Source: Octopus vulgaris
Lineage: Eukaryota
DNA length: 64,000 nt
Reading direction: 5' to 3'
Assembly: GCA_951406725.2 (NCBI GenBank)
Contig: OX597823.1
Location: 4,092,001-4,156,000, forward strand
Positions 13,217 to 26,655 of the stretch are shown here, piece by piece. The notes beneath the pieces are model-generated. The model made no database searches. It had not been told where the DNA came from and saw only the letters and a list, made by a program, of their open reading frames with translations. Position 1 is the stretch's first letter, and the number at the start of each line of letters is the position of its first letter. A program made the translations under genes and the position numbers.

Positions 13217-13820
13217 TGGCTTCAGATTTTGGCACTAGGCCAAGGAATCAAGTAAATGACATCAGTGTCAGTACTTGTGCTTTACTTCAACTCCAAAAAG
13301 ATAAAAGGCAAAGTCAGCTACAGTGGAATTTGGACTTGCACTAATAATTCTGCCAGCCTGCCATTTTAACAATAATGATCCTTTCTACTATAAGCAGAAG
13401 GCCAGAAATTTTGGAAGGGGACAAGTCAGTTACATTGACTCCAGTACTTGAATGATCTTCATTTTATCGACCCCAGAAAAATAGAAGGCAAAGCTGACTT
13501 CAGTGGAATTTGAACTCAGAATGTAATGAGCCAGAAGATATGCTACTATCCATTTTGTCTGATGCACTGATAATCCTGTCGGATTGCTGCCTTAATATTA
13601 ATTCTTTGTACTACAGGCACAAGGTCTGAAAACTTGGGAGAGGGAGCTAGTCAATTATATTGACCCCCCAGTGTCTAACTGGTACTTATTTTATTGAGCC
13701 AGGGAGGAAGAACAGTGAAGTTGACTTCGATGGAATTTGAACCCAGAACATAAACAGCTTGAAGAAATGCCGCTAAACATTTTGTCTGATGTGCTAACAA
13801 TTCTGCCAACTCACCATCTT
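13215..13820 (-). mobile_element. Head-to-tail cluster of about 3 SINE family B copies
   Basis: Repeated GGAATTTG(A/G)AC / GGCAAAG / ATTCTGCCA units on the minus strand. Confidence 0.78.
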
Positions 13821-15050
13821 AGTAGTATTACTACTACTACTGCTACCACTAATAGTAATAATAATAAAGCAAAACCAAACAGACTAAATGAAGTCTTAGT
13901 GTGTGTGTGTGTGACTTACCCGAATCGCACACCTCTGTTGATGGGTGTAATTTCTGTTTTTATATGCTGCACCCCACCCGTTCCGCTAATCTGGTTGATT
14001 ACAACATTGGCTGGAATTACTAGAGATTATGTTTTAATACATCATCATCTTCAGTGCAGGAGGATGGTTGAAGAATGGAACCGTTGAGTTGGTATCGTGT
14101 TTCACTCTTGAAGTGGTATCTTTTTACCAGAACACAGAACATGATATGGCTGCTGAGAGGGAGAGAGAGTGTGAGAGTGTGTGTGTGTGCGTGCGCACGC
14201 GCGCATGTGTGTCTGTGCGTGTGTGTGTGTCTGTCTGTGTGTGTGTGTCTGTGTGCGTGTGTGTGTGTGTATCTAAGTTTACTTTCTCTGTGTCATGGTG
14301 TACACTATCAGTTCACTAGATTTTGGTGTAACAGAAAAATAACAACTCTCTCTCTCTCTCTCTCTCTCTCTGCTGTTTCCTTCTCTCTTTCTATCTTTTG
14401 AAGCTATTTTAAGTTATTCTCGCAAAGCAATTGGAACTTCTAGGAACAAGTATAAATGTTGACCTTTAACCTCTGACTTTAAACTCTTGAATCAAAACTT
14501 TCATTGTTCAAACCACAGTTAAGATTCTCCTCTCAGATCATCATCATCATCATCTTCATTATTATTTTCATCTTAATATTCCTCATTATTCATCACCCCA
14601 CCATCTTTATTGGATTCGTTGTCATCATCACCTCCGTCTCCATTCTCACTTTCGTCATTGTCATCCTGGTCTTCATCTTTGTTCTCAGCATCTCCATCAT
14701 CATCATCATCATCATCTCCATCATCATCACAATCATTACCATTTGTTTGTTTTTTATATTTTATTTTTAATAACCACTGCAATATCACTCAGCTGGTTAC
14801 TGCTGAAGATCCTCTCCTTTGCCACCCCCAACTACTCCAATGGTCAGTCCCTAAAGGTAAAAGGATGCTTAGGTGTCCTTTCACCTTCAGTTTTAACCAG
14901 AAAGCCTCTCCTTCTCTCTCTCTCTCTCCCTCCCTCTCTCTCTCTCACATTCTGTGTCTGATAGCAAGAAGATATGATTGCAACTGTTATTTTGTGATGT
15001 GTGTGTTGAATATATATGTGTGTACACATACATAAGTGTGTTGTTTATAT

Positions 15051-15433
15051 AGGCACAGGAGTGGTTGTGTGGTAAGTAGCTTGCTTACCAACCACATGGT
15101 TCCGGGTTCAGTCCCATGGCACCTTGGGCAAATGTCTCCTATAGCTGCGGGCCGACCAAAGTAGCCTTGTGAGCGAATTTGGTAGATGGAAACTGAAAGA
15201 AGCCTGTCATATATATATGTGTGTGTGTGTGTGTCTGTTTGTCGCCCCCCCCCACCATCACCATCGCTTGACAACTGATGCTGGTGTGTGTACGTCCCCG
15301 TAACTTAGCAGTTTAGCAAAAGAGACCGATAGAATAAGGCTTACAAAAAATAAGTCCTGAGATCGATTTGTTTGATGAAAGGTGCTGCTCCAGCATGGCC
15401 GCAGTCAAATTACTGAAACAAAAGAATAAAAGA
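15051..15433 (+). mobile_element. SINE family A, full length
   Basis: Same head, core and tail as 6998-7458. Confidence 0.85.
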
Positions 15434-16059
15434 ATATATTTACACACACACAATGTTATTTCACATACCTTTTGAATTGATGTCAGCAATAGAAGGTGGA
15501 TATCTGAATATCACCGATATCCATTGGTCACAATGTGAAAGGTAGACAGGTACACATTGTCAGGTAGGCAGACTGAACCAATACAAAATCTTTGTTTTTA
15601 GAAAAAAGTTGCTTATTGTGCCAGATAGTGACTGTACATTGGTGTTATGCTAATGACACTCAAATGTCTGTGCTTTGTGAAATTGCTGTTGTCGAGCCCC
15701 AAGTCTTCTTTCTCTTCAAGTTTTCTAAACATGTTGATTGTTAGTTGAATGACTAAGCTCAGCCTTTAGAGCTGTTGTTTACATTTTTAACTGGTATGAG
15801 AAAACTTGGCTGCCAAACAAGCCGGGCAAGCCTTCTTTGCTAAATTGTCTTCTTTGCTAAATTGTCATGTTGTTAATTAACCTCAGTTCTCTTTGATGTA
15901 GCAAACCTATAACAGCAATTAAGCATGAAATGGTTAGAAGTCACACACATTTCAGACATTCTGCATCTGTTGTTGTCTTGCAGTCTTATTTGGCATCACT
16001 CTATACTGTGTGTCTTTCGGTAAAATCTTTAGCTGTGGCTCTCTTTTGGTATATAATAT

Positions 16060-16645
16060 TTTCTACTTTGGGGACAAGGCCTGAAATTTGGTGGTGGGGG
16101 TTGAGTCAATTACATCAACCACAGTACTCAACTGGTACTTATTTTATCGACCCTGAAAGGATGAAAGGTAAAGTAGACCTTGGTGGAATTTGAACTCAGA
16201 ACATAGTGACAGGCAGAATACTGCTAAACACTTCATCCAGCATGCTAACAATTCTGCCAACTTTCTGCTTTAGCAATTTCAAAGAAGGGGGTAAGTTGAT
16301 TACATTTACCCCAGTACGCAACTGGTACTTATTTTACTGATGCTCAAAAGGGATGAAAGGCAAAGTTGATCTTGGTAGAATTTGAACTCAGAACCTAAAA
16401 TTGGGAGAAATTCCAAAAGCATTTCGCCTGGCGTGCTAACGATTCTGCCAGTTCACCACTTGAATGATAATAATCCTTTCTCCTCTAGGCAGAAGGCTTG
16501 AAATTTTGGGGGCAGGGCTAGTCAATTACATTACTCTCAGTGCTCAACTGGTACTAGATTTATTGATCCCTGAAAGGGTGAAGGGCAAAGTTGACCTTGA
16601 TGAAATTTGAACTCAAAACATAAGAACGGATGAAATGCCACTTAG
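16060..16645 (-). mobile_element. Cluster of 3 SINE family B copies
   Basis: Three units containing CAACTGGTACT...AAAGG..AAAGT.GA.CTTG...ATTTGAACTCA. Confidence 0.8.
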
Positions 16646-18180
16646 CCTTTTGCCAGCAGTGGTGGAGTATATTTTTGTGTTAGACATCAATAGTGTTGTG
16701 TGTGTAATATGCCTGTCCCATTACATCTATGTATTTACTCAATGCAAAAACCATCATGTTGAGCCGATTAACTGCAGCATTTGTTTGGAGATAAATGTCT
16801 CCTCTGGATGTTCTGTGTTAATGATGACATGGACATTCTCTCCAGACAAAACACCTCAGTTAATTTGCCCTCTCGTGATGTGTTGTCATTAACTATGACA
16901 CAAATGGCTATCTTAATTCAAAGCTATTTATGTTTCAGCCAACAGATTTTTATACGATACTTATTACGCTTGTGGCTGAGCTAGCAATGATGTATGTTGT
17001 ATATATATATATTGAATTACACAATAGTTATATAGCTTGTCTGCGTGTGTGCATACATGTGTGTGTGTATATTGTCTTAGGAAGGGGTTGCGTGTTATAT
17101 AGGAGTTGTGCTCTTGTGTGCAAGTGTTGTATAACACAGATTATTTTTATGTCGTCAAGGCAGAGCCATGATGAACTTTGTGAACAGCCATAACATTTTT
17201 ATGTGAGAATTATGTTGATTGATTCTGGAAACCATCCTCTCCCAACAAATCGATTCTTGTTGCTTACAATATTTTCATCAGATGATTCTACTCCAGACAT
17301 AATTCCTCCCTCCAGGATCAATAAAATAGTACCAGTTATATACTCGGGTTGATATTAACACCCTCCTCCTCCTAAAATTGCTGGCATTGTGCCAAAGTAG
17401 AACGAATGACTTCTTCCTTTATTCTCTCACTTGACTTTCTACAAATGTTTTATTTCAAGTATCTTGGGTGTACTTCACGTGTTCTGTGCTTTCATTTAAT
17501 CGTTAGCAACTGAGGTGATGATGATGATGGTGAGGAGGCAGAGGAGGCAATTGTTGTCTACGTCTGTTTGTTTGCTATTATCTATTATTATTATTAATTT
17601 CTTTTTCTATGCTGCTTTCGGGGATGGGGGCTAATTCATTTCTTTTTTTTTTTTTTTCCATGTGTATATTATGTAAGTTGGATTATAATATATTGAGGAA
17701 ATTCTGTACAGAATGTGTGTTATCTGGGCTGCTGTATTTTCGATGGGTGAGGTGGCGGGTAGGTAAGCTATGTAGCAAACCTTGGGGCATCATCATCATC
17801 ATCATCATTATTACTTTTATTATTATTATTATTATTATTATTGAGGCAGTGAGCTGACAGAATTGTTAGCATGCTGAGCAAAAAACTTAGCAACATTTCG
17901 TCCATTGTTACGTTCTGAGTTCAAATTCCACCGTGGTCAATTTTGCCTTTCATCCTTTCAGGTTCGATAAAATAAGTACCAGTTACATACTGGGGTTGTT
18001 GTAATCGACTGTCTCCCTCTCCCCCAAAATTCAGGCCTTGTGCCTACAGTAGAAAGGATTATTATTGTTATAGTATAGATGTTCTTGTTTATTTCTCTTC
18101 GGAGCAATACCCAGTGTACCAGCTATGATGAGTGTTGTCTCACTGTTATCCCCCATGTGAGAGAGGTTTATTTCAATCCC

Positions 18181-18223
<43 letters not shown>

Positions 18224-19089
18224 TTGAATCATCCAAGAGTTGTCTACAAAGAAGAGAAAGACAGTCCACCTTGCCCAGCATCAATAACTGATGCCAGGCC
18301 AATGTCTTGTTGTTTAGCCCCGTGTCAGCTCTTGCTGAACAAACCTATAATGAAGGGCATTCTAGCCACATAACCTGATCATCCCATTATTTTGTTTTTC
18401 AATTACAATAATTTTTTACTTAGGATCCCCCCCCCACTCCATGCCAACACCACACAGTGTGTCTTTAGTTTTATCCATTTTGTTTTTTTTTTGTTTGCTT
18501 AGACCAATGAATTTCAACCATTTTTTAACCTTTAGGACTCTTTTGATTCCTATTTTACTTGGATGGACCCTCACAGCTATTCAATGTTTTAAAAAAAAAA
18601 AAATATTATATTTTTTTAACACTTTGACATCTAAACTGGCCATTTCTGGCCAAAATACCTTGTTTTATGCCCAATCCAGCCAGATCTGGTTTCTCATACC
18701 TACCCTACAATGCCGTTTTAAAAATAAACAATCTCCTCATCCAAATCTTAAATCCACAAGATGACAGAAAAATCTGAAAGCGAAAGGATTAATTATTTAT
18801 TATTTAGGAATTGGTATTTTGTGTATTGCAGGAATATAACCAGTTTATTTGGACATAAATTTTAACAACAAAATCTTATATGGACCCCCCACCACCAACA
18901 CCACCACCAACACGAGTCATGTGGACCCCAGTTGAGAATCACTGGTTTAGTCAGTAGGATGTGATTTTGAGGGAGACATTGCTGTTATTTCTACCAGATG
19001 GAGTGAGCAGGTAGCTGCTCTGTCATTAGCTCCTTGTCATAGTCTCTTTGTGTGGATCTGTTGGTGTCTCCTAGTTTTGCTCTAACTCA

Positions 19090-19134
<45 letters not shown>

Positions 19135-19436
19135 AAGACTTTTGTTTTGTTTTGATTTGCAAGTGTTAACAGGTTTATTACTCACTGTTTGTCATCACTT
19201 GCCCCAGGGAATACTTGTTACTACCACCACCACCACTACTACAAGAATTCACACTGTCTCACATATGCCAACAGGAGGCCCTCTGTGGTTGCATTGCTCA
19301 GTCTGCTAGAAATACCAACCAAAAATCTCCCCCAAATCAAACCCAACTATCTTAAACAGAGAAGTGCACATTAAATTTGCTGCTAGATATCAAATTATCT
19401 GATGAGTAGAGATATAAAGTATGTGTGTGTGTGTGA

Positions 19437-19478
<42 letters not shown>

Positions 19479-19874
19479 GGATGGTGTGTAGGTGTGTGTT
19501 GTTTTTTGTTTTTGTTAACTGAATTACTTTTACTTCGATGGGTGAGGTCGTTGCTGGAGCATTTGTTTTTACAGCTGGATGCCCTTCCTTCTGCTAATTT
19601 CTGAATTGTGATGTAGTTAATGGTAGAGAGGCTGTCTTTTATTATTTTAGGGTGGTGGTGGGGAGGACGGAGGGTTTCCAGTTTAGTCTAGCAGCATGGA
19701 ACTAGGTAAGTTGTGTGTCTTGCTCAAAAGTTACTACAACAGAATAGTCATAGTAACCCTTTTGACGCCAACCCACACGAGTTCTATGACACAAACTTCC
19801 TGTTTTAAAGTGATGCAAATTGAAATCTCTTAGCAAAATTTCATCTTTATTTCTGTTCTAAACACTTATGATGA

Positions 19875-20150
19875 TCATCATCATCGTTTAACGTCCGCTT
19901 TCCATGCTAGCATGGGTTGGACAATTTTGACTGAGGGCTGGCGAACCAGATGGCTGCACCAGGCCCCAATCTTGATCTGGCAGTGTTTCTACAGCTGGAT
20001 GCCCTTCTTAACGCCAACCACTCCAAGAGTGTAGTGGGTGCTTTTTACGTGCCACAGGCACAGGGGCCATTCAGGCGGTACTGGCAATGACCTCGCTCGA
20101 ATCTTCTTACGCATGCCACTGGCACAGGTGCCAGTAAGGCGACGTTGGTA
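19875..20150 (-). mobile_element. Family C retroposon (SINE or LINE 3' end with (GAT)n tail), nested inside a TTAA MITE spanning about 19754-20248
   Basis: CATCATCGTTTAACGTCCGCTTTCCATGC...GGATGCCCTTC..AACGCCAACCAC; MITE sequence resumes on both sides. Confidence 0.8.
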
Positions 20151-21351
20151 ATAATAATTATTATTATTTTTATTAAATTCCTTATTTCAAAACAAATCGA
20201 GACAAAAGGTATTGTAATTCGACAGAAATGGGGTAACAAAAGGGTTAAAGTTACCTAAAAGCCTTCCAGGAAAATTTCATGTTAATTTATGTTCCAAACA
20301 CCAGTGTGTCAAAGGTGCCGCTATGTCAGGGATTTCATGCATTGAGGGTACTTTGAAGGTGCCATGCATCAGAGGTACCATCTGTGAGAATCTTTAGGAA
20401 GACTAAAAAGGATTTGGGAAGCTGCTATTTATCCTGAAATCCGCTCTGATCCAGTTACATGGCTGGTCAAAGATATTCCAGTTATGACTGTCCTGTCTAT
20501 TTTTATTTTTAACACAACTTGGACTATATTATCCACTGTGACCTCCACCCCAGCTTCTTTTTAAGGTAGTTGAATAAGATTTGAGAGGAATTTGGCTGCT
20601 ATTTACAACAGATCAAATGGTTATATGGAGGTTCCCTTTCTGAATGAAGTGTTGTTTAGATGTCAGATTTATGTGTGTCATACCTTGTAGATATATGATA
20701 TGATGATATAGAACTGAGTATGAATGGAGACGGACTTTATTGCAAACTTATTCAACACCAACCAGCATAGAAAAGAAGGCTAAAATATCGTTATAGCTTT
20801 TCATAAATAAACAGGGTTTTTTTTTTTCTTTTTTGAAGAATTTCTCTCTTTCCTAATGTTTTACAACATCAAAGAATCGCTTAAAGGCAGCTTAATCACT
20901 TTCATGTTTTTCTTTTCATTTGTTTGTCATTTATTATATTTTTGGTAATAAATAATTTAGGGCGTCAGTGACAGTATGACCTGTGTAGGCTCTTCCCAGA
21001 CAGGTGAGATTAATGAGGCAGATTACCTAGCCTAAACAGCTGTAAGGGAAAAAATCACTGGTAGATAAGTAAACTTAGGGCAACAGTCTGGTATGAATGA
21101 TTGCATCATCATCATACGTCTGTGTTCCATTTCCATGCTTGCCTGGGTTGAATGGAGTTTATTGAGGTAGATTTTCTATGACCAGCTGCCCTTCCTGCAA
21201 CTATTTTTCACTTGTTCCCAGGCAAGGTAATATTTCCTCATGCCCAGACATGTTTTTCATGGAACTTTGACGATCAACATTTGCCACTGCTTGTATGATG
21301 ATGATGATGATGATTTGTCACATGATGTCAGGACAAGGAAACCCACACATG

Positions 21352-21382
<31 letters not shown>

Positions 21383-21979
21383 GCACACAACAGGTTTGCT
21401 TTAGTTTCCATCCACCAAATCCACTAACAACACTTTGGTTGGTCCAGAACTATAGCAGAAGACACTTGCCTAAGGTGCCACACTATGGGACTGAACCTGA
21501 AACCATGTAGTTGGGAAGTAAACTTCTTAAGCATGTGGCCTTGCTTGCAATGGAGTAAAAGAAAAAAATTCTGACCTTCTCCCCCTTGACCCCTTGGTGG
21601 TGTTGACCCTTTAAATACCAACCCATATGAGACCACTCCTATTTCTATGATACAGATTTCCTGTTCAAATTGATCTGAATAAAAACCCATCAAAATTCTG
21701 TATTTATGTTCCAAACACCAGATTAAAAAGGAAAAAGTTATTTCACTAAATTCTTCATTTTCAAAATTTATTGAAACAATAGCAGTGTATTTCAATGGAA
21801 ATATGGTAACAAAAGGGTTAAGCAGAACTGTGTTCTTTGATACACAACGTCATTGTTCATGTAACATTGTAAAGTAATGATTTACTGATTTTTTTAAAAA
21901 AAGAATTCCTGAATGTAAATTTATATTAAAACTGATTTCTTGGTGAAAATCCCCTGATGAGGATATGTGTGTGTTGATA

Positions 21980-22424
21980 CCAACATTGCCTTACTTACCA
22001 ATGTTGCCTTACTACCAACATCGCCTTACTGGCACTTGTGCCTGTGCTAGTAGGGTGCCAAGCGCACCATCCGAGTGTGATCGTTGTCAGAGCAGCCAAC
22101 TGGCTCTGTGCCGGTGGCATGTAAAAGGGCACCATTCGAGCGTGATCGTTACCAACGTTGCCTTACTGGCACCTGTGCCGGTGGCATGTATAAAAAGATT
22201 CAAGTAAGGTCATTGCCAGTACCGCCTGACTGGCCCCCATGCCAGTGGCACATAAAAAGCACCCACTACACTCTTAGAGTGGTTGGCGTTAGGAAGGGCA
22301 TCCAGCTGTAGAAACATTGCCAGATCAAGATAGGAGCCTGGTGTGGCCATCTGGTTCGCCAGCCTTCAGTCAAAATCGTCCAACCTATGCTAGCATGGAA
22401 AGCAGACATTAAACGATGATGATG
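21980..22424 (+). mobile_element. Family C retroposon with internal tandem units of about 60 bp
   Basis: Repeated GCCGGTGGCA(C/T)GTAAAA units, AGGAAGGGCATCCAGCTGTAGAAAC, tail TTAAACGATGATGATG; other copies near 36092 (-), 38690 (+), 40440 (-), 45413 (-), 51535 (-), 58195 (+). Confidence 0.82.
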
Positions 22425-23329
22425 TGTTAAAGATAAATTGCAATGAGAAATGCTCAACTGGTGAGAGTTTACTAGAAAATAAGTTAAACAATGCTTAAAT
22501 GTAAGCAATTTGGAGATATACCTGTGTGATAGTTTATTTTCATGCCTAATTACATTCCATGTTAACCAACGCTATTCTTCACATGACTCATAAATTCTTT
22601 GAAATGTCATATTAACATTAAGTATTGCTTTTGGTGAGAGGAGCTTGTTTATAATAATGGCTGCTCTATGCTACTTGAGGTTATTTGAAGCACATTGGAG
22701 CAGTTGTTGATGTTGTTATTGTTGTTGCTTTTGTAGTTGGATGTTGTTGATGTGTTGCGTATTTATGGCCAATGGCAATAAAGGATTTAATATTAAGTAC
22801 TTGACGAGCTGCATGCAACTTAACGCTAAGTAAATAACTTCTTTACGTATGTAGTTGGATATTATATCAGAGAGTTAAGTCATCAACTTTCTATAATAAT
22901 AATAATGGTTTCAAATTTTGGCACAAGGCCAGCAATTTCAAGGAAGGGTGCTGGTCGATTACATCAACCCCAGTACTCAACTGGTTCTTATTTCATCGAC
23001 CTCCCCACAAAGGATGAGAGGCAAAGTCAACCTTGATAGAGTTTGAACTCAGAACGTAAAGACGGATGAAATATTAAGCACTTTGTCTCGCCTTCTGCCT
23101 CAAGCTATTATAATAATGATGATGATGATGATAATGATGATTTCTTTTATTTGCCACAGGGGTATCAAATTGTGGGAGCTTTACGTAAAAGATGGGGAGA
23201 AGGAGGGAGGAACAGGAAATGAGATAAAAGGTATACATTGTAATCAAAATATGGGAATACGTGAATGATGAAGTCTTCCTGATGCTGTAGAGGACCAGTC
23301 AAAGAATCCCACAGATCCAAGATCACCCT

Positions 23330-23525
23330 GACCATCAAGGGCCTAAGTCCTCACCCAACTGTTGTTCTCCAGTCTATAGGCACAGGTTTAGAGTAGATCC
23401 GTTTTTGCCTCAGTCACCCACCTTTTTCTCAAATTTCCTAGGAAAGGGCACTTTCTTCTCTACTTTCACTTAACTTTCCAAGTAGAACTTAAGAAAGTCA
23501 ATGAGGGCTTCATTGAATTAGAAAG
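23330..23525 (-). mobile_element. Probable L1/Tx1-like LINE 3' remnant
   Basis: Minus strand reads ALIDFLKFYLES*VKVEKKVPFPRKFEK/RWVTEAK, resembling the terminal F...W motif of L1/Tx1 ORF2; degenerate. Confidence 0.45.
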
Positions 23526-23535
23526 TATCTGTCCT

Positions 23536-23919
23536 CAGGCATGGCCGTGTGGTTAAGAAGTTCTTATTCCAACCACAATGTTTCAGGCTTAGTTCTATTG
23601 CATGGCCTCTTGGGTGTCTCCTATAACCCTAGCCAGTTGACCACTGCCTTGTGAGTGAATTCAGTTAGTAGAAACTATAAGGAAGCCCATACATATATTT
23701 GTGTTTTATGTTTGCCCCCCCCCCCTCCATCACTGCTTGATGACTAGTGTTGGTCTGTTTACATGCCATAACTTAGCAGCTGGGCAAAAGAAACTGATAG
23801 AATAAGTTCCAGAAAATAAATAATAAAAAAAAAGTCTTGGGGTGGAGCAATCTGTTCAACTAAAACCCTTTAAGGTAGTGTCTTAGCATGGCTGCAGTCC
23901 AATGACTGAAACAAGTAAA
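23536..23919 (+). mobile_element. SINE family A, diverged copy
   Basis: Same layout, ending GACTGAAACAAGTAAA. Confidence 0.75.
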
Positions 23920-25058
23920 TGCTAAACATATTCAAAGTCCAAATTTTCACTACCCTGCAGCATTACTCTTCATACTCAAGCATCATACAATCTACTCTTT
24001 ACTGTAAGAAAGAGAATTCTTTTGTTACCAGCTGAAGTAATAACTCCCTGAGCTTTTCCCCCCACAATGAAATGGTAACTAATATTTTTGTGGTTTTCAG
24101 TTTATAGTATTAGTTCTCAATCCAAAAAATGCAAGCTAGTGATGGTAGTCATTGGCCACTGATGGAGGACCAACTCTAGTTCTCATTTAATAAGTTCCCA
24201 CGATCCCGAAGTAGAATACATTCTCTTCTTGTCTCAGTCTGCTTAGACACACATATGCACCACTCCCCTCTTATCAGTTTCAGTGGTTGGAACTGACATA
24301 TAACATCCCTTTGTTTGGGAGAAGCAAAACCGAAAAAGTTCCATAATTCATAAGCAAATAGTGAGCTAACAGGGGAGTGTGTGTGTGTGTGATTGCTAAA
24401 CGTGCTAGATATAACAGTTAAATCTCTCTCATATCAAACAGCTACTGAGTTAAAAAGAAAAAGGGACACATTAGATAATGTTGTCTATAATATTTTGTCT
24501 GCAAAAAAGAAGAAAGAAAACAAAGCAAAAGAAAGCCAAAATGGAGTGATCACAGCTGGAAGACCTTTTCCATCAAAGACCTACTCGACCAAGGGCTAAA
24601 CAACAGCAGCAACACATGTAAACAGTCAAACTGACATCCCCTTCCATATTAACAACATCAGACAAAGAAAAAAGAAATCCATTCGAATACAAAATCATTA
24701 AATATAAAGAAAGAAAGAAAGAAAAAACTCCAGAGAAAGATGGACTTTGTTCACACCATTCCTGTTGTTTGTCTTTTGTAACCGTTTTTGCTATTCTCTT
24801 CCACTCTAAACTTCCTTCCATGTATCTCAGGTGTGTTTAGAATATGGTGTTTGGCATTCTTCAAGTTATTTTTGCTTGTCTCTTGGGTTTCTGCCATCTC
24901 CCTCTCTTTTTTTCTTCTTTTCTTCCAGCTTCGTTAGTCTCTTATTTCTATTGTTTCTCGTGTTCTTGTGCAATGCACTGCTACTATCATCATCATTATT
25001 ATTATCATCATCATTATTATTATTATCATTATCATTATTATTATCATTATCATTACAA

Positions 25059-25945
25059 AGGTGGGGAGCTGGCTGAATCATTAGCCCAGTTGACAAAATG
25101 CTTGGCAGCATTTCGTCCGTCTTCACATTCTGAGTTCAAATATTGCTATGGTCTACTTTGCCTTTCATCCTGTTGGGGTTGATAAAATAAATACCCATTG
25201 AACATTGGGTTCGATGTAATCAAGTTACCCCCTTCCCTTACAAATGCTGGCTTTGTGCCAAAATTTGAAACCATTATTATTATTATTATTATTATTATTA
25301 AGGTGGCGAGCTGGCAGAGTGATTAGCACGCTGGGTGAAACGCTTAGCGGTATTTCGTCTGTCTCTATGTTCTGAGTTCAAATTCTGCTGAGATTGACTT
25401 TGCCTTTTATCCTTTTGGGGTTGATAAATTAAGTACCAGTCAAGTACTGGGGTCGATCTAATCGACTGGTCCCCTCCTCCAAAAATTTCAGGCCTTACGC
25501 CTAAAGTAGAAAAGATTATTATTATTGTCGTTATTATTAAGGGTCAGCTGGCAGAACCATTAGCATGTGAGACAAAATACTCAGGGGCACGTCTTCTGCC
25601 TCTTCACTTTCTGAGTTCAGATCCCACCTAGGTTTACTTTGCCTGTCGTCCTTTTAGGGTCAATAAGTATATCCCCTCCCCCCCAAATTTCAGGCCTTGT
25701 GCCTATCGTAGAAAGAATTCCACCGTTAAGGTAGCAAACTGGCAGAATTGTTAGCATGTTGGGCAGAATACTTAGCATTTCCTCCAGTTCTTTATGCCCT
25801 GAGCTCAAATCCCATTGTAGTCAGCTCTTTCATCCTTTCAGGGTTGATAAAATAAAGGACCATTAAAGTACTGGAGTTGATGTAATCAACTCTCCTCCAC
25901 CCCGACACCAAATTTACTGGCCATGTGCCAAAATTTGAAACCCTT
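25059..25945 (+). mobile_element. Head-to-tail cluster of about 4 SINE family B copies
   Basis: Repeated (G)AGCTGGCAGAA...TGAGTTCAAAT...CATCCTTT..GGGGTTGATAAA...GGCCTTGTGCC units, mostly separated by (ATT)n. Confidence 0.85.
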
Positions 25946-26476
25946 CTTTTTCTTCTTATTTATTATTATTGAAGGTTTATACACAGGGTGGATGTTGTTC
26001 ATAATATTGTAGTACTAATAGTAGTAGCAGTAGTTTGAGAGAAAGAGAGAGGTTGTGTGTGTGTGTGTGTCTGCATGCAGTATGTTGATTTTAAGGGTTA
26101 CAGTGGTACCATCGTATCTTCATCATGGAATGATTTAACCTGATATCCTTGTGATGAAATCTGGAACAAGCTGGATAATAAACAGCAGCAAAGATGCTGA
26201 TGTAAAGTAAAGAAAGCATCTGTTTTTACTTGTCAAAGACAGGACTTGATGGGTGGCATGAACGTTTAGATTACCCTGATCACTCCCACCTATTTTATTT
26301 TGTTTTACGTTGTTGCCGATCAGTTTGGAACAACTAAAGGCTTTTAAGGCAACAAGCTTTTCTACAGGACTAACAACAGAGGAGCTGTTAAGAAAACCTG
26401 ACAGCAAAACAGCTTTTTTGATGGACCAAGACAATACCAGAACAGCTTTAAACTGAATTCGTCGTCTGATTTATTG

Positions 26477-26578
26477 ATGGTGGCTGAAGAATGGATTTAT
26501 TTTATTTATCAGTTGTTTAAGACTTTCTCAGGGGAAGAAGTCCAGGGCCTCCGAGACTTGTGGAATGAAGTGGGAAAG
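26477..26578 (+). CDS. Candidate alternative first coding exon (34 aa)
   Basis: MVAEEWIYFIYQLFKTFSGEEVQGLRDLWNEVGK ending at AAG|GTATTG (weaker donor), phase 0, in a unique-sequence island. Confidence 0.3.
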
Positions 26579-26655
26579 GTATTGTTAAACCAGAGACCTG
26601 ATTGTTTTGTGATTCTACTCAAGGCACCCGACAGCCTGATGGTATTCTTAAAACT

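Noticed and set aside
14504-15035. Hydrophobic, acidic and Ser-rich ORFs
   Set aside because: Artefacts of a (CAT)n low-complexity tract; no compatible splice signals
15051-15120. tRNA-like A/B boxes
   Set aside because: SINE heads without a complete cloverleaf; no true tRNA or rRNA gene seen
15832-15865. Perfect 17-bp tandem duplication CTTCTTTGCTAAATTGT
   Set aside because: Ordinary slippage/repair duplication with no associated feature
17660-17765. MCILCKLDYNILRKFC...RW ORF with several GT donors
   Set aside because: Sits between T-runs and simple repeats, several competing donors, no distinguishing support
19696-19711. ATGGAACTAG|GTAAGT strong donor; similar cases near 8119 and 21003
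   Set aside because: Phase 1 or 2 relative to their ATGs, so incompatible with the phase-0 CH2 acceptor; could only be non-coding exons
22000-22260. Regularly spaced repeats of about 60 bp, superficially CRISPR-like
   Set aside because: Internal tandem units of retroposon family C in a eukaryotic intron; no unique spacers, no cas genes
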